A stretch of DNA of 64,000 nt from Deltaproteobacteria bacterium (GCA_016709225.1 JADJEE010000012.1:2371630-2435629), one strand, 5' to 3'; counted from the first letter of the stretch, positions 33,698 to 43,800 are shown. The notes: generated by a model from the letters alone, not told the origin. Numbers and translations: made by a program.

Positions 33698-36600
33698 ATG
33701 GCGACCTGCGCGAAGTGTGGTTTCGTGATGGACGCGCGGCGGCCGACGCCGCCCAGCTGTTCGCGCTGCGGTTCGCCGATGGCTGCGGCTGCGGGCAGCT
33801 CCGGTCCACCCTCGGTCGGCCTCGAGGATCTCGATGGCGTCGGCGCGCCGCCGGCGTTCGGCGGAGAGGGCCACATCGGCACCACCTCGGGCTCGACGCT
33901 GTTCGGACTGATCCCCGACGACGCCCTCGACGCCCCGGTCACGCGGCCGCACGGCGCGAGCTTCGACGACACCTTCGGTGAGCTCGACCTGCCGATGCCC
34001 GGCGACGATCTCGAGCTCGATCTGCTGTCGGGGACACCGGTCGGCCCGACGCCGCAGTCGTCGCGTGTGACCCCGGCCGTGGCGACCCCCGCAGCTCGCT
34101 CCGCACCGGCACCGATGCCGCCGCCGCGCAGCGGTCCATCGCGGGACACCATCGACGCACCGGCGCCGCGCTTGTCGAGCGCGGCCCCGCCACCGGCACC
34201 GGCACGCAGGCCCGCCGCTGCACCGCCCTCGCCACCGGCCTCGCCACCGGCCTCGCCACCGGCCTCGCCACCGGCCGCTGCGCGACGCCCGGACGTGCCC
34301 ACGCCGTTCGACCTGCCGGCACCGGTCGATCGCGCCGCCACGCCTGCCTTTCGTCCGCCGTCGGATCTGCCCGCGCCGGTGGAGCGCGGCACGTCGAGCA
34401 CCTTCAAGGTGCCCTCGGTGGATCTGCCGGCGCCGTCGCGTCCGGTGCCCACGGCGTTCCGCGCCCCAGAGCCTCCGCCGTTTCGCGGGCCACCGAGCCC
34501 ACCCGGCGGCACGCGACCGTCCGACGGCGCGCCCCGCTTCGGCACCGACAACAACATGATCTCGATCGCCGAGCTCGACTTTCCATCGAGCAGCGACGCC
34601 GATCTACCCGCGCCCGCGGGCGTCACCGATCTGCCACGCCCCGCGGGCCTCATCGATCTGCCCAAGCCCAGCGAGGCCAACCTGCCGCAATCCGCCGAGG
34701 GTGGGCTGCTGCGGCCGGCCGAGGGCGGAATGCTCACCTCGGCCGAGGGCGGCCTGCTCACGCCGGCCGCGCTCGACGTCGAGCCCGCACACATCCTGCC
34801 GACCGCGGCCGAGCAAGCGCTCGTGCCCGCGGGCGAGCTCCCGGCACCGAAGCAGGGTGGCAGTGCCGCGGCGAGGGCCGCCGGCGCGAAGGCAGCCGCC
34901 GACGTGGCCGCGGTGGGTGTCGATCCCATGGGTGCCCGCCGCTCGCCGGCACCGCGTGCCGTGAGGGGCGAAGGTGGTCGACGTCCGTTGATCCTCGCCG
35001 CGGTCGGCGTCGGTCTCATCGGTCTGCTCGCCGGCGGCGCGTGGGCGGCCGGCGTGTTCGACCCGCCGAGCGACGAGGTGCCGGTGACGCGCGGCGGTGC
35101 CGGCTCCAAGCCCAAGCCCAAGCCCAATGCGCCGGTGGCCCCGGCCGGCAAGGCGGTCGAGCGCGCACCCGAGGTGTTGGGACAGCTCGCCCTCGACACG
35201 CCCGCCGGCTACGCCGCGGCGATCGATGCCGCGGCCGCCACCGGTGATCCGGTCGGTCAGGCCGAGGCGGCGCTGTTGCTGCACCTGCGCTTCGGCCCCG
35301 ATCCGCTGCGCAGCGGCCAGGCCGCCGGTTGGCTCGAACCCTACGCAAAGCAGGGCGAGCCCTTCGTGCAACGCGTGCTCGGGCTCGCCGCGCTCGCGGC
35401 CGGCGCGTTGCCGCAGGCCGAGTCCGCCTGTGCCGACGACGGCCCACGCACGCGCGTGTGTCGAGCGATGATCCGCATCGCACAGCGTCGCTTCACCGAC
35501 GCGGTCACCGAGGCGGACGCCGTGCTCGCGACCACGCCCTCCGAGGTGATCGCGACCGTGCTGCGTCACGAGGCCCAGGCCGCGATCGATGCCAGCGCGG
35601 AGCTGCCGAAGATCGAAGCGTCGCTCACGAAGCTCCCGCACCACCCCGACCTGCTCGTGGTCGGCATCCATGCGGCGGTCGACGCTGGTGCGCTGCGAAA
35701 GGCCCACGCGTGGCTCGCCGAGCTTGGCCCCGCCGATCCGAGCAGCAAGTCGGCCAGCGCGCTGCGGCTGCGACTGCGCGCCGAGCTGGCGCAGGCCGCC
35801 GGCGCCACCGCCCAGGCGGCACGACTGTACGAAGAGGTCGCGGGCCTCGTGCCCGACGACACCGCGTCCTCCATCGCGCGGGTGCGATCGCTGATCGCAG
35901 CCAACCGCGTGCTCGAGGCCGAGACCGCGCTGCGGCCATTGCTGCAGTCGCGCCCCGACGACGCCGCGGTCGCGATCTTGGCGGCGACGGCGAAGCTCGA
36001 GGCCGGCAAGGGCGACGACGCGCTCGCGGCGGTACAGGCGATCGAAGCCAAGTGGCCGGGCCGTGGCGACACCGCGCTCGTGCTCGGCCAGGTGCAGGCC
36101 ATGCGCCTGCAGAGCGAGGCCGCACAGACCTCGTTCGCCTCGGCGCTGCAGCGCGACCCCACGCTCGTGCAGGCGTCGATCGAAGAGGCGCGCCTGCTGG
36201 CGACACTCGATCGACTCGGCGACGGCATCGCCAAGCTGGACACCGCCCGCAAGCACGCCAGCGACCGTGGCGATCCGGCCGCGGTCGCGCAGGTGCTACG
36301 GGCCAAAGCCGCCCTGCTCGACAAGGGTGGCCAGCAGACCGCCGCGCTGGCGGCCTACGATCAAGCCCTCGAGGCACGACCGAACGACAACGCCGCCCAG
36401 CTGGCGCGTGGGCTGCTGCGCCTGCAGCTCGGGCAGCACGACGCCGGCCGCAGCGATCTGCTCGCGGTCTACGAGCGCACCGGCAGCTTCGTCGGGCTCA
36501 CGGCACCGCTCGGCCGCATCTTCGTCCGCGAGGGCACCTACGACCAGCTCGAGGCGCTGGTCGGTGACAGCCTCGACGATCCCGACGCACCGACCGAGAT

Positions 36601-37363
36601 GCTCATCGTCGGCGCGCGACTGCGCCTGTCGCAGGGCAAGACCGACGACGCCAAGGCGTTGCTGCAGCGCGTGCTGGCGGTCTCGCCCAACGACTGGGAG
36701 ACCCACTTGCTGATGGCGCAGGCGCTGCTCGACGCGCAGGAGAAGGAGGAAGCGCTGGCCGAGATCGACCGCTCGATGCCCGCGACCCCGAGCGCCGAGC
36801 GACACCTGCTCCGCGGCAAGATCCTCGAGCATCTCGGACGCTACCCCGAGGCGCGGCCCGACTACCTCAAGGCGCTGCAGATCGATCCCGATCTCGACGA
36901 GGCGCGGTTCCTGTACGGACGGCAGCTCTCGCGCGCCGGTGAATCGCGGGCCGCCGTCGAAGAGCTCGGCACCGTCACCTCGCACACCGATCGCTTCCCG
37001 GCCGCGTACGTCGATCTCGGACGGTCGTGGCGCGAGCTCGGCGAGGGTGGCAAGGCGATCGCCGCACTCGATCGCGCACTCGAGCTCGACGCCACGCTCT
37101 ACGAGGCCTACTACCTCCGGGGTCGCGCATACTTCGATTCGAACGAGATCGCCAAGGCGGCGACCTCGTTCGAGTCGGCGTGCGCGGAGGCGGCGTCGCA
37201 CGAGTATTGGTACCCCGAGGCGCTGGTATTCCTCGGCCGCGCACAGGCTCGCAGCGGCAAGACCAAGGCTGCGCGCGAGGCCTTCGAGAAGTTCCTCGCG
37301 GTCGCGCCCGCCAACCATGCCAGCCGTGCCGAGGCCGAGCGTCAGCTCGCCGACCTCCGATAG
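33698..37363 (+). CDS. Large (1221 aa) zinc-ribbon / proline-rich / single-TM / TPR-repeat protein
   Basis: Starts at M357 of track ORF 32630..37363 (the upstream part is antisense to the HD gene). MATCAKCGFVMDARRPTPPSCSRCGSPM zinc ribbon; ~400 aa Pro-rich low-complexity region with DLPAP and PPASPPAS repeats; TM helix RPLILAAVGVGLIGLLAGGAWAAG; then ~800 aa of TPR-like repeats. Confidence 0.8.
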   Translation: MATCAKCGFVMDARRPTPPSCSRCGSPMAAAAGSSGPPSVGLEDLDGVGAPPAFGGEGHIGTTSGSTLFGLIPDDALDAPVTRPHGASFDDTFGELDLPMPGDDLELDLLSGTPVGPTPQSSRVTPAVATPAARSAPAPMPPPRSGPSRDTIDAPAPRLSSAAPPPAPARRPAAAPPSPPASPPASPPASPPAAARRPDVPTPFDLPAPVDRAATPAFRPPSDLPAPVERGTSSTFKVPSVDLPAPSRPVPTAFRAPEPPPFRGPPSPPGGTRPSDGAPRFGTDNNMISIAELDFPSSSDADLPAPAGVTDLPRPAGLIDLPKPSEANLPQSAEGGLLRPAEGGMLTSAEGGLLTPAALDVEPAHILPTAAEQALVPAGELPAPKQGGSAAARAAGAKAAADVAAVGVDPMGARRSPAPRAVRGEGGRRPLILAAVGVGLIGLLAGGAWAAGVFDPPSDEVPVTRGGAGSKPKPKPNAPVAPAGKAVERAPEVLGQLALDTPAGYAAAIDAAAATGDPVGQAEAALLLHLRFGPDPLRSGQAAGWLEPYAKQGEPFVQRVLGLAALAAGALPQAESACADDGPRTRVCRAMIRIAQRRFTDAVTEADAVLATTPSEVIATVLRHEAQAAIDASAELPKIEASLTKLPHHPDLLVVGIHAAVDAGALRKAHAWLAELGPADPSSKSASALRLRLRAELAQAAGATAQAARLYEEVAGLVPDDTASSIARVRSLIAANRVLEAETALRPLLQSRPDDAAVAILAATAKLEAGKGDDALAAVQAIEAKWPGRGDTALVLGQVQAMRLQSEAAQTSFASALQRDPTLVQASIEEARLLATLDRLGDGIAKLDTARKHASDRGDPAAVAQVLRAKAALLDKGGQQTAALAAYDQALEARPNDNAAQLARGLLRLQLGQHDAGRSDLLAVYERTGSFVGLTAPLGRIFVREGTYDQLEALVGDSLDDPDAPTEMLIVGARLRLSQGKTDDAKALLQRVLAVSPNDWETHLLMAQALLDAQEKEEALAEIDRSMPATPSAERHLLRGKILEHLGRYPEARPDYLKALQIDPDLDEARFLYGRQLSRAGESRAAVEELGTVTSHTDRFPAAYVDLGRSWRELGEGGKAIAALDRALELDATLYEAYYLRGRAYFDSNEIAKAATSFESACAEAASHEYWYPEALVFLGRAQARSGKTKAAREAFEKFLAVAPANHASRAEAERQLADLR
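34229..34276 (+). repeat. Perfect 12-bp tandem repeat (tcgccaccggcc) x4 encoding (SPPA)n
   Basis: Directly visible in the nucleotide sequence, in frame within the TPR protein gene. Confidence 0.8.
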
Positions 37364-37393
37364 CGCCCTCGACAGGGCGACACCGACGGCTCG

Positions 37394-38113
37394 CTACGCG
37401 AGCTGCACGTCGGTGTCGTACTCGCGCGTCACTTCCTTGCGCTCCGGATCGACCATGAACACCCGCGCCTTGCCGGTGTGTCCGTCGAACTCCGTGAGCA
37501 GCCAGATCTCGACGGCCCAGTTCTCGGTGTTCGCCAGGCACGGCGGCGCCCAGCCGATCACCACCGCCCCACCGAGTCCGTCGGTGCGGCGCGAGGCCGC
37601 CGCCTTCTGGTAGTTGGGACTGCGCGTGACGGTCTTGATGGCCTGGTCCGCGATCGTGCCGCCGACCTGCTTGCGCCAGTGGCTGAGGAACCGGAAGTCC
37701 TCGATCTTCGAGGTGCCGGCCCGCAGCACCGCGACGTAGGACTCGCTGGCGTCGATCTCCCCGTAGTCGGGCAAATCGAACTCGGGATAGAGATTGGTCT
37801 CGCCGATCTCGTCGTCGCGATCCTCGACGACCGCCTCGACGCGCTCGCGGTCGCGCTCGTCGTACGAGGCGAGCACGCGCAGCAGATAGAACTGCGACGG
37901 TAGCTGGTGATCCCAGTCGAGGATCGCCCGCACCGAGGCGAAGGTCTTGCCGCCGAACGCCGACAGCTGGGGCAGCGCACCCGCCAGCTCCTGCAACATG
38001 GTCGGGTCGGGCGCGTGGCCCTGATCGATCACCCGCGGATGCAGCTTCAGCTGCTCGAGGATCGCGCGCCGCACGAGCTCGATGTCACGTTGCCGCTCGG
38101 CGCCTGTGCTCAC
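37394..38113 (-). CDS. Hypothetical cytoplasmic protein (239 aa), start overlaps hisG stop
   Basis: Clean ORF with genome-typical codon usage and no signal peptide. 4-bp overlap with the upstream hisG suggests translational coupling. Confidence 0.6.
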   Translation of the reverse strand: MSTGAERQRDIELVRRAILEQLKLHPRVIDQGHAPDPTMLQELAGALPQLSAFGGKTFASVRAILDWDHQLPSQFYLLRVLASYDERDRERVEAVVEDRDDEIGETNLYPEFDLPDYGEIDASESYVAVLRAGTSKIEDFRFLSHWRKQVGGTIADQAIKTVTRSPNYQKAAASRRTDGLGGAVVIGWAPPCLANTENWAVEIWLLTEFDGHTGKARVFMVDPERKEVTREYDTDVQLA

Positions 38114-38760
38114 GCGACCTCCTGTCGTGCCGTCGCGGCCGCACGGATCGCCGCCACCGCAGCCGCGATGACCGTGGGCCGCAGCTTCGACGCCGCGGGG
38201 TGCACCACGAGGCGGCCCGTCACGTCCACGATGGTCTCGACCTCACGCAGCCCATTCTGCCGCAGGGTCTCGCCGCTCTCCACCAGATCGACGATCTGAT
38301 CGGCGAGTTCGGTCACCGCGGCGAGCTCGACCGAGCCGGACAGCTCGATGACCTCGGGGTCGATGCCGCGCCCCGCGTAGTGCCTGCGCGCGACCTGGGG
38401 ATACTTGGTGGCCACCCGCACGCTCGTGCCGCGCCGCAGCGTCGCCGGCCGCGCGGTCGGCTCGGCAACCACCAACCGGCAGCGACCGATGCCCAGATCG
38501 ACTGGCTCGTAGAGGTCCCGCCCCTGCTCGAGCAGGGTGTCGAGGCCCGCGATGCCCAGCTCGGCCACGCCGTACTCGACGTAGGTCGGCACGTCGATCG
38601 GCTTGACGAGCAACACCCGGTGCCCGCCCGGCAGATCGATGCTGAGCCGGCGGTCGTCGGCCGCGAGCGCGCGCGTATCGAAGCCGGCCGCCGCCAGGAT
38701 CGAGGCCGCGCCGCGGAGAATTCGCCCCTTGGGCAGCGCGAACGTCAGACCGTCGACCAC
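38110..38760 (-). CDS. hisG: ATP phosphoribosyltransferase, short form
   Basis: 216 aa. …LTFALPKGRIL…LLVKPIDVPTYVEYGVAELGIAGLDTLLE…RVATKYPQVARRHYAGRGIDPEVIELSGSVELA… is the canonical HisG pattern. The short form implies HisZ dependence (hisZ is not in the window). Confidence 0.9.
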   Translation of the reverse strand: MVDGLTFALPKGRILRGAASILAAAGFDTRALAADDRRLSIDLPGGHRVLLVKPIDVPTYVEYGVAELGIAGLDTLLEQGRDLYEPVDLGIGRCRLVVAEPTARPATLRRGTSVRVATKYPQVARRHYAGRGIDPEVIELSGSVELAAVTELADQIVDLVESGETLRQNGLREVETIVDVTGRLVVHPAASKLRPTVIAAAVAAIRAAATARQEVA

Positions 38761-38860
38761 GGAGGTCTTTGGAGACTACCACCGTTCGCCGGCCGCGGCG
38801 CTGGACGAGCGGGCCTCGCGGGGCCCGACCCCGACCCGATCGTGGCCACGGCCAGCCCGT

Positions 38861-40126
38861 TCAGCCCTTGGCGCCGTGGAACCGGCGGATGTTGGCGCCC
38901 AGCCCACGCAGCCGCTTCTCGATCGCCTCGTAGCCGCGATCGAGGTGGTAGACCCGGCGGATCTCGGTGGTGCCGTCGGCCACGAGCCCCGCGAGCACCA
39001 GCGACGCGGATGCGCGCAGGTCGGTCGCCATGACCTCGGCGCCGGTCAGCCGTGGACCGCCGCGCACGACCGCGCTGTGACCGTGCACGGTGACGTCGGC
39101 GCCCATGCGCGCGAGCTCGGGCACATGCATGAAGCGGTTCTCGAAGATCGTCTCGGTGATCAGGCTCTGCCCGGCCGCACAGGTCGCGAGCACCATCATC
39201 TGCGCCTGCATGTCGGTGGGGAAGCCCGGGTAAGGTCGTGTCGAGATGTCGACCGGCGACAGTCGCTCGGGCCCGATCACGCGCAGGCCGGCGTTCTCCA
39301 CCCGGCACTCGACGCCGGCCTCCTCGAGCTTCGCGATCGTCGCGTGCATGTGATCGACCGGCGCATCGAGCAGCATCACGTCGCCGCGCGTGACGGCGGC
39401 CGCGACCGCGAACGTGCCGGCCTCGATGCGATCGGGCACCACCGCGTGATCGAAACCGTCCAGCGCGTCGACGCCCTCGATCTCGATCGCAGTGCCGCCG
39501 GCACCGCTGATGCGAGCACCCATCTTGACGAGCACCCGCGCCAGCTCCTCGACCTCGGGCTCGCGCGCGACATTCTCGAGCCGCGTGACACCCTTGGCCA
39601 ACGTGGCCGCCATCATCACGTTCTGCGTGCCGCCGACGGTCACGGTGTCGAACACGAAGTTCGCACCGCGCAGTCGCTTGGCCTTGAGCTCGACGTAGCC
39701 GTGCTTGATCGCGATCTTCGCCCCGAGCGCCTCGAGCCCCTTGAGGTGCTGGTCGATGGGCCGCGCACCGATCGCACAGCCACCCGGCAGCGACACCCGA
39801 CAGAACCCGTGCCGCGCGAGCAACGGCCCCATCACGGTGACCGACGCGCGCATGGTCTTGACCATCTCGTACGGCGCCTCGCGCGGACCTTCGCCGACGC
39901 CGGCGGGGTCGATCTTCAGCGTTCGATCACCGGTCACCTCGCAGCCGAGGTGGCCGAGCAGCTCGGACATCGTCGCGATGTCGGACAGTCGCGGGAGATG
40001 CCGGATCGCACACTTGCGATCGGTCAGCAGCGCCGCGCACTGGATGAGCAGAGCGGCATTCTTGGCGCCGTGGATCGTGACCTCGCCCTTGAGGCGCTGG
40101 CCACCGTGGATGACGATCTTGTCCAT
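38861..40126 (-). CDS. murA: UDP-N-acetylglucosamine 1-carboxyvinyltransferase
   Basis: Starts at M67 of the track ORF ([34 protein letters not shown]…). Near-complete pattern match to MurA, including [76 protein letters not shown]. Confidence 0.95.
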   Translation of the reverse strand: MDKIVIHGGQRLKGEVTIHGAKNAALLIQCAALLTDRKCAIRHLPRLSDIATMSELLGHLGCEVTGDRTLKIDPAGVGEGPREAPYEMVKTMRASVTVMGPLLARHGFCRVSLPGGCAIGARPIDQHLKGLEALGAKIAIKHGYVELKAKRLRGANFVFDTVTVGGTQNVMMAATLAKGVTRLENVAREPEVEELARVLVKMGARISGAGGTAIEIEGVDALDGFDHAVVPDRIEAGTFAVAAAVTRGDVMLLDAPVDHMHATIAKLEEAGVECRVENAGLRVIGPERLSPVDISTRPYPGFPTDMQAQMMVLATCAAGQSLITETIFENRFMHVPELARMGADVTVHGHSAVVRGGPRLTGAEVMATDLRASASLVLAGLVADGTTEIRRVYHLDRGYEAIEKRLRGLGANIRRFHGAKG

Positions 40127-40157
40127 GCTGTTGGCTTCGGGGTCGCGTCGGTCGGGC

Positions 40158-41228
40158 TCACGGCGAGGGCAGACGCACGGTGCCGTCGTCGGGGTTCTCG
40201 CGGCGCGCGCGGGCATCGGCGCGGCGCAGGGTCTCGGCGTCGGCGAGCTGGGCGAGCGCGTCGTCGATCGCCGCGCGTGCGTCGGCATCGATGGCGACCC
40301 CGAGCTGCGGCAGCGCGCCGGCACAGGCGTCCTGCGCCTGCAGCTCCCACGTGCGCACCACCGGTGCGAAGCTGCGATCGGCGGTCGGCTGCGGGAAGCG
40401 ATGGTTGACGCGCGTGCGTGACCACAGCGGGCGGCCGTGATCGAGCGAGACCAGCGTCATGCGATCGGTCTCGATGCCTTGGCCCTCGTGGCCGTCGTCC
40501 CAGTGGCTCTCGACCAGCGCCACGCGCTGCCCCGCGATCTCGTAGACACCGGCCAGGCGCTCGCGCCACGGCATCGAGATGCACGCACGATGGTGATTGT
40601 CGGGCCCGCCGCCACCGGTCTGGGGATCGACGCACGGCGAGCGGTTGCACTTCCCTTCGACCCGCAGGCCGTTCCAGTGCTCGTCGACCGCAACGGTGCG
40701 CGCAGGCAACAGCGGCCAACCCAGCGCGAACGCGTCTTCCATCGGATCCCAGGTCCGCGGCATGCAGGCCGCCGTCGGGGCCGCCGGCCCGTAGAACGCC
40801 GCGCTCGCCGACGCATCGCGCACCTGGCCGCGCCGCTCGGCCCGAAGGCCGCGGTAGTACAGCTCGAGCGCAGCGGTCTCACCGGCCGGGATCGCGACTC
40901 CGTCGGCGACGTGATCGTCGTGATCGGCATCGCGACCGAGCGCGAGCCACGAGACCGAGTCCTGCTCGTGCATCTGCGCAGGCGTATAGGACGCGGACAG
41001 GCGCAGCACCTGCGGACAGTCGCGTGCCGGGGCCTGCCACGCCAGGTTCGCGGCGGCGTCGGACACCGGCTCGACCTCGAGCCCCAACGGCGCCAACGCC
41101 TCGCGCAGCGCCGGCAACGCGTGATACGTCGAGCCCGGCGCCTCGGCGCACGCGGAGCTGACGAGGCACATCGTCACGAAGATCTGCAGCGACGCACGCA
41201 CGGGCAGGCCGCAGGAGCATCGCCCCAT
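40158..41228 (-). CDS. Hypothetical secreted protein
   Basis: N-terminal signal-like [30 protein letters not shown]. 356 aa. Immediately upstream of murA on the same strand. The start could instead be the internal M20. Confidence 0.5.
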   Translation of the reverse strand: MGRCSCGLPVRASLQIFVTMCLVSSACAEAPGSTYHALPALREALAPLGLEVEPVSDAAANLAWQAPARDCPQVLRLSASYTPAQMHEQDSVSWLALGRDADHDDHVADGVAIPAGETAALELYYRGLRAERRGQVRDASASAAFYGPAAPTAACMPRTWDPMEDAFALGWPLLPARTVAVDEHWNGLRVEGKCNRSPCVDPQTGGGGPDNHHRACISMPWRERLAGVYEIAGQRVALVESHWDDGHEGQGIETDRMTLVSLDHGRPLWSRTRVNHRFPQPTADRSFAPVVRTWELQAQDACAGALPQLGVAIDADARAAIDDALAQLADAETLRRADARARRENPDDGTVRLPSP

Positions 41229-41323
41229 CGCGCGCGCTTGGGCAAGTCCGCCACCACCCTCGCACCGTGGGGCCGCGTCGAAAACTTGCGCACTGCGTCG
41301 CAGTTGTGTCTTTGGCGTGGGTC

Positions 41324-41920
41324 ATGCTCCGCGCGATCACCCACCGCGTCATCACTGCTCCCGCGCTCGCCGCCGTCTTCGCGAGCTCGCTGGTCGGCGG
41401 TCTCGTCGTCCCCACGCAAGCATCGGCGAGCAACAACAGCCTCACCACGCCGATCACCGGCGCCTCACTCGATGCGATGTGGCCCATCGCCGTCGAGGTC
41501 GAGATCGTGCGCGTCGACGGCGACGGCGAGACCGTGCCGCGCACGCGATCGCGGGCCGTGCTCAGGCGTCAGCGATCGATCGTGCCCGATGGACACGAGC
41601 TGCAGCTGCACAGCGCCGTGCGAACCGATCGCGGCCGTCGAGAGTTCGCACTGAGCGTCACCGCCCATCAGCACCCAGGTGATGCGGTCGAGCTCGAGTG
41701 GTCGCTGCAGGTGCGCGATGCCGAGTACCGCAAGCTAGATGCGCCCTCATACTTGCTCCATCGTCTGCAGCTCTCCAACGTGCTGGAGCTGGCCGAGCCG
41801 ACCCTGAAGATCGCGCGCGCGGACATCGTCTCGGTGCGACGCGAAGGCCACACGCAGCGGCTCGAGATCGACGGAGAACTCCACGAAATCCGCATCTTTG
41901 CCCGCTCCATGCGCGGTTGA
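41324..41920 (+). CDS. Hypothetical secreted protein
   Basis: Starts at M20 of the track ORF (MLRAITHRVITAPALAAVFASSLVGGLVVPTQASA signal peptide). 198 aa. Divergent from the previous gene. Confidence 0.5.
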   Translation: MLRAITHRVITAPALAAVFASSLVGGLVVPTQASASNNSLTTPITGASLDAMWPIAVEVEIVRVDGDGETVPRTRSRAVLRRQRSIVPDGHELQLHSAVRTDRGRREFALSVTAHQHPGDAVELEWSLQVRDAEYRKLDAPSYLLHRLQLSNVLELAEPTLKIARADIVSVRREGHTQRLEIDGELHEIRIFARSMRG

Positions 41921-42041
41921 CACAGGCCACCGGCGTGCTATTGCTTGGCCCGCCGAAAGCCCCGCTGCGGTACCTTCGTTCGGGCTTCGCGGCAACCACC
42001 GACCCACCCGCCGCACCCTCTTCTGCGGGAGAACCGAAACG

Positions 42042-42893
42042 ATGCGCAATACCCTGTCTCGACTGGCCCCGTCCTCGCTCTTCGCGTGCGCACTCGTGAT
42101 GGTGCTTCCCCTCGGCGGCTGCAAGCCCGAGTACCCGAAGTGCAAGAAGGACAAGCACTGCAAGGTCGACCTCGGTGAGAAGTGCGTCGACGGCCAGTGT
42201 CAGAACTGCGCCACCGACGACGACTGCAAGGGCAAGGCGCCCGGTGGCGGTGACTGGACCTGCTATCAGTTCCGCTGCACCGATCCGAGCACGATCCCCG
42301 CGGGCGCCGGTGGTGCCGGTGCGTTGGGCTCGCCCTGCACGGCGACCAACGAGTGCGGCGGTGGCCTGGTCTGCGCCGAGGGCAAGTGTGCCAACTGCAC
42401 CGACGACCTGCAGTGCTCGCCGGGCACCTGCGATCTCGGCACTGGCACCTGCACCACGCCTGGCGGCGGCGGTGGCACGGCGTGCCAGACCGACGACCAG
42501 TGCGCGATGGACGAGATCTGCGACAACGGGCAGTGCGCCTTCTCGGGCGACACCCCGGCCGGTCCGAACCCCTGCTCGGTGGAGGCGGTCTTCTTCGACT
42601 TCGACAGCCCGAACCTCTCGAGCGAGGCGCAGGACCAGCTCAAGGGCCTCTCGGAGTGCATGAAGCAGCAGAACCGGCTGGTGTACCTCGAGGCCCACGC
42701 CGACCAACGCGGCACCGAGGAGTACAACATCATGCTGACCGACAAGCGCGGCAACGGCGTGAAGAAGTTCCTCGAGGACCTCGGTGTCACCGCGTCGAAC
42801 ATGCAGGTGGTCTCGAAGGGCGACCTCGAGGCGACCGGCACCGACGCCGCGTCGATGCAGAAGGATCGTCGCGTCGAGTTCGTGTGGCCGTAG
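42042..42893 (+). CDS. pal: Peptidoglycan-associated lipoprotein (Pal/OmpA-C family) with Cys-rich N-terminal extension
   Basis: Starts at M49 of the track ORF (MRNTLSRLAPSSLFACALVMVLPLGGC lipobox). ~130 aa of C-x4-6-C repeats (CKVDLGEKCVDGQCQNC…). C-terminal OmpA-like domain FDFDSPNLSSEAQDQLKGLSECMKQQNRLVYLEAHADQRGTEEYNIMLTDKRGNGVKKFLEDLGV…RRVEFV. Confidence 0.85.
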   Translation: MRNTLSRLAPSSLFACALVMVLPLGGCKPEYPKCKKDKHCKVDLGEKCVDGQCQNCATDDDCKGKAPGGGDWTCYQFRCTDPSTIPAGAGGAGALGSPCTATNECGGGLVCAEGKCANCTDDLQCSPGTCDLGTGTCTTPGGGGGTACQTDDQCAMDEICDNGQCAFSGDTPAGPNPCSVEAVFFDFDSPNLSSEAQDQLKGLSECMKQQNRLVYLEAHADQRGTEEYNIMLTDKRGNGVKKFLEDLGVTASNMQVVSKGDLEATGTDAASMQKDRRVEFVWP

Positions 42894-42915
42894 TCTGCGA
42901 AGGGGAGTGTTGAAC

Positions 42916-43755
42916 GTGCGAATCCGTCTCGGTGCTCCATTCGTTCTCGCGCTCGCGCTCCCCCTGCTGCCCACCGGCTGCCTCGCGCTCAAGGCCGATC
43001 AGGACGAGATCGCCCGCGAGGTGGCCAAGCTGCGCAAGGAGGTGGCGCAGAGCCAGGAGACGCTGCAGCGCGCGTCGTCGCTCTCCGACGAGCTCGAGAA
43101 GAAGCTCGCGCAGGTCGAAGAGGTGCTGCGCAGCAACCAGGCCGGCCTCGGTGCCCGCGTCGACGTGCTCGAGACCGACACCCAGGACCTCCGCGGTCGG
43201 GTCGAGAACGCCGAGAACGTCGCGAGCGCGGTGCAATCCGAGCTCAAGGAGGTCCGCTCGGATCTCGACGCGCGCCTCAAGCAGCTCGAAGAGAAGCTCA
43301 ACGAGGCCACCAACATCCCCGAAGGCAAGTCGGAACTCTACGCCGAGGCCGATCGGCAGATGAAGGCGAAGAAGTACAAGAACGCCCGACGGCTGTGGCG
43401 CACCTACGAATCGCGCTACCCCGAGGACAGCAAGCTGGCCGAGGTCAAGTTCTTCATCGGGCTGACGTACTTCTCGGAGCGCGACTACAAGGCCGCGCTC
43501 GGCGAGTTCTACAACGTAATCCAGCAGTCGCCGGACTCCTCGGTCATCCCCGACGCGCTGTACTACTCGGGCCTCGCGTTCGCGAAGCTCGGTCAGTGCA
43601 CCAACGCGATCGCGTACTTCGACGCACTGCGCCAGAAGAAGACCAAGGCCCCCGAGGACTACAAGAAGAAGGCCGGCGAGCAGATCGATCTGCTCAAGAA
43701 GGACACCGGCGAGATCTGTCTCGACAAGGACAAGGCGCCCGCGAAGCCCAGCTAG
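42916..43755 (+). CDS. cpoB: YbgF/CpoB-like Tol-Pal system protein (coiled-coil + TPR)
   Basis: GTG 42916 is preceded by AAGGGGAG SD at 42899-42906. Signal/lipobox LALALPLLPTGC, coiled-coil (…ELEKKLAQVEEVLRSNQAGL…), then TPR-like (…FFIGLTYFSERDYKAALGEFYNVIQQSPDSSVIPDALYYSGLAFAKLGQ…). Confidence 0.8.
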   Translation: MRIRLGAPFVLALALPLLPTGCLALKADQDEIAREVAKLRKEVAQSQETLQRASSLSDELEKKLAQVEEVLRSNQAGLGARVDVLETDTQDLRGRVENAENVASAVQSELKEVRSDLDARLKQLEEKLNEATNIPEGKSELYAEADRQMKAKKYKNARRLWRTYESRYPEDSKLAEVKFFIGLTYFSERDYKAALGEFYNVIQQSPDSSVIPDALYYSGLAFAKLGQCTNAIAYFDALRQKKTKAPEDYKKKAGEQIDLLKKDTGEICLDKDKAPAKPS

Positions 43756-43756
43756 G

Positions 43757-43798
43757 CGCGGCGTCCGGCCCTCGCACGAAGGCCGGCGCCGCTGCAGC
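43757..43798. terminator. Putative bidirectional hairpin between convergent cpoB and cytochrome-c peroxidase genes
   Basis: gcggcgtccggcc…ctcgcacgaa…ggccggcgccgc is a 12-bp imperfect inverted repeat with a 10-nt loop. No U-tract, as is usual in high-GC taxa. Confidence 0.3.
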
Positions 43799-43800
43799 CG

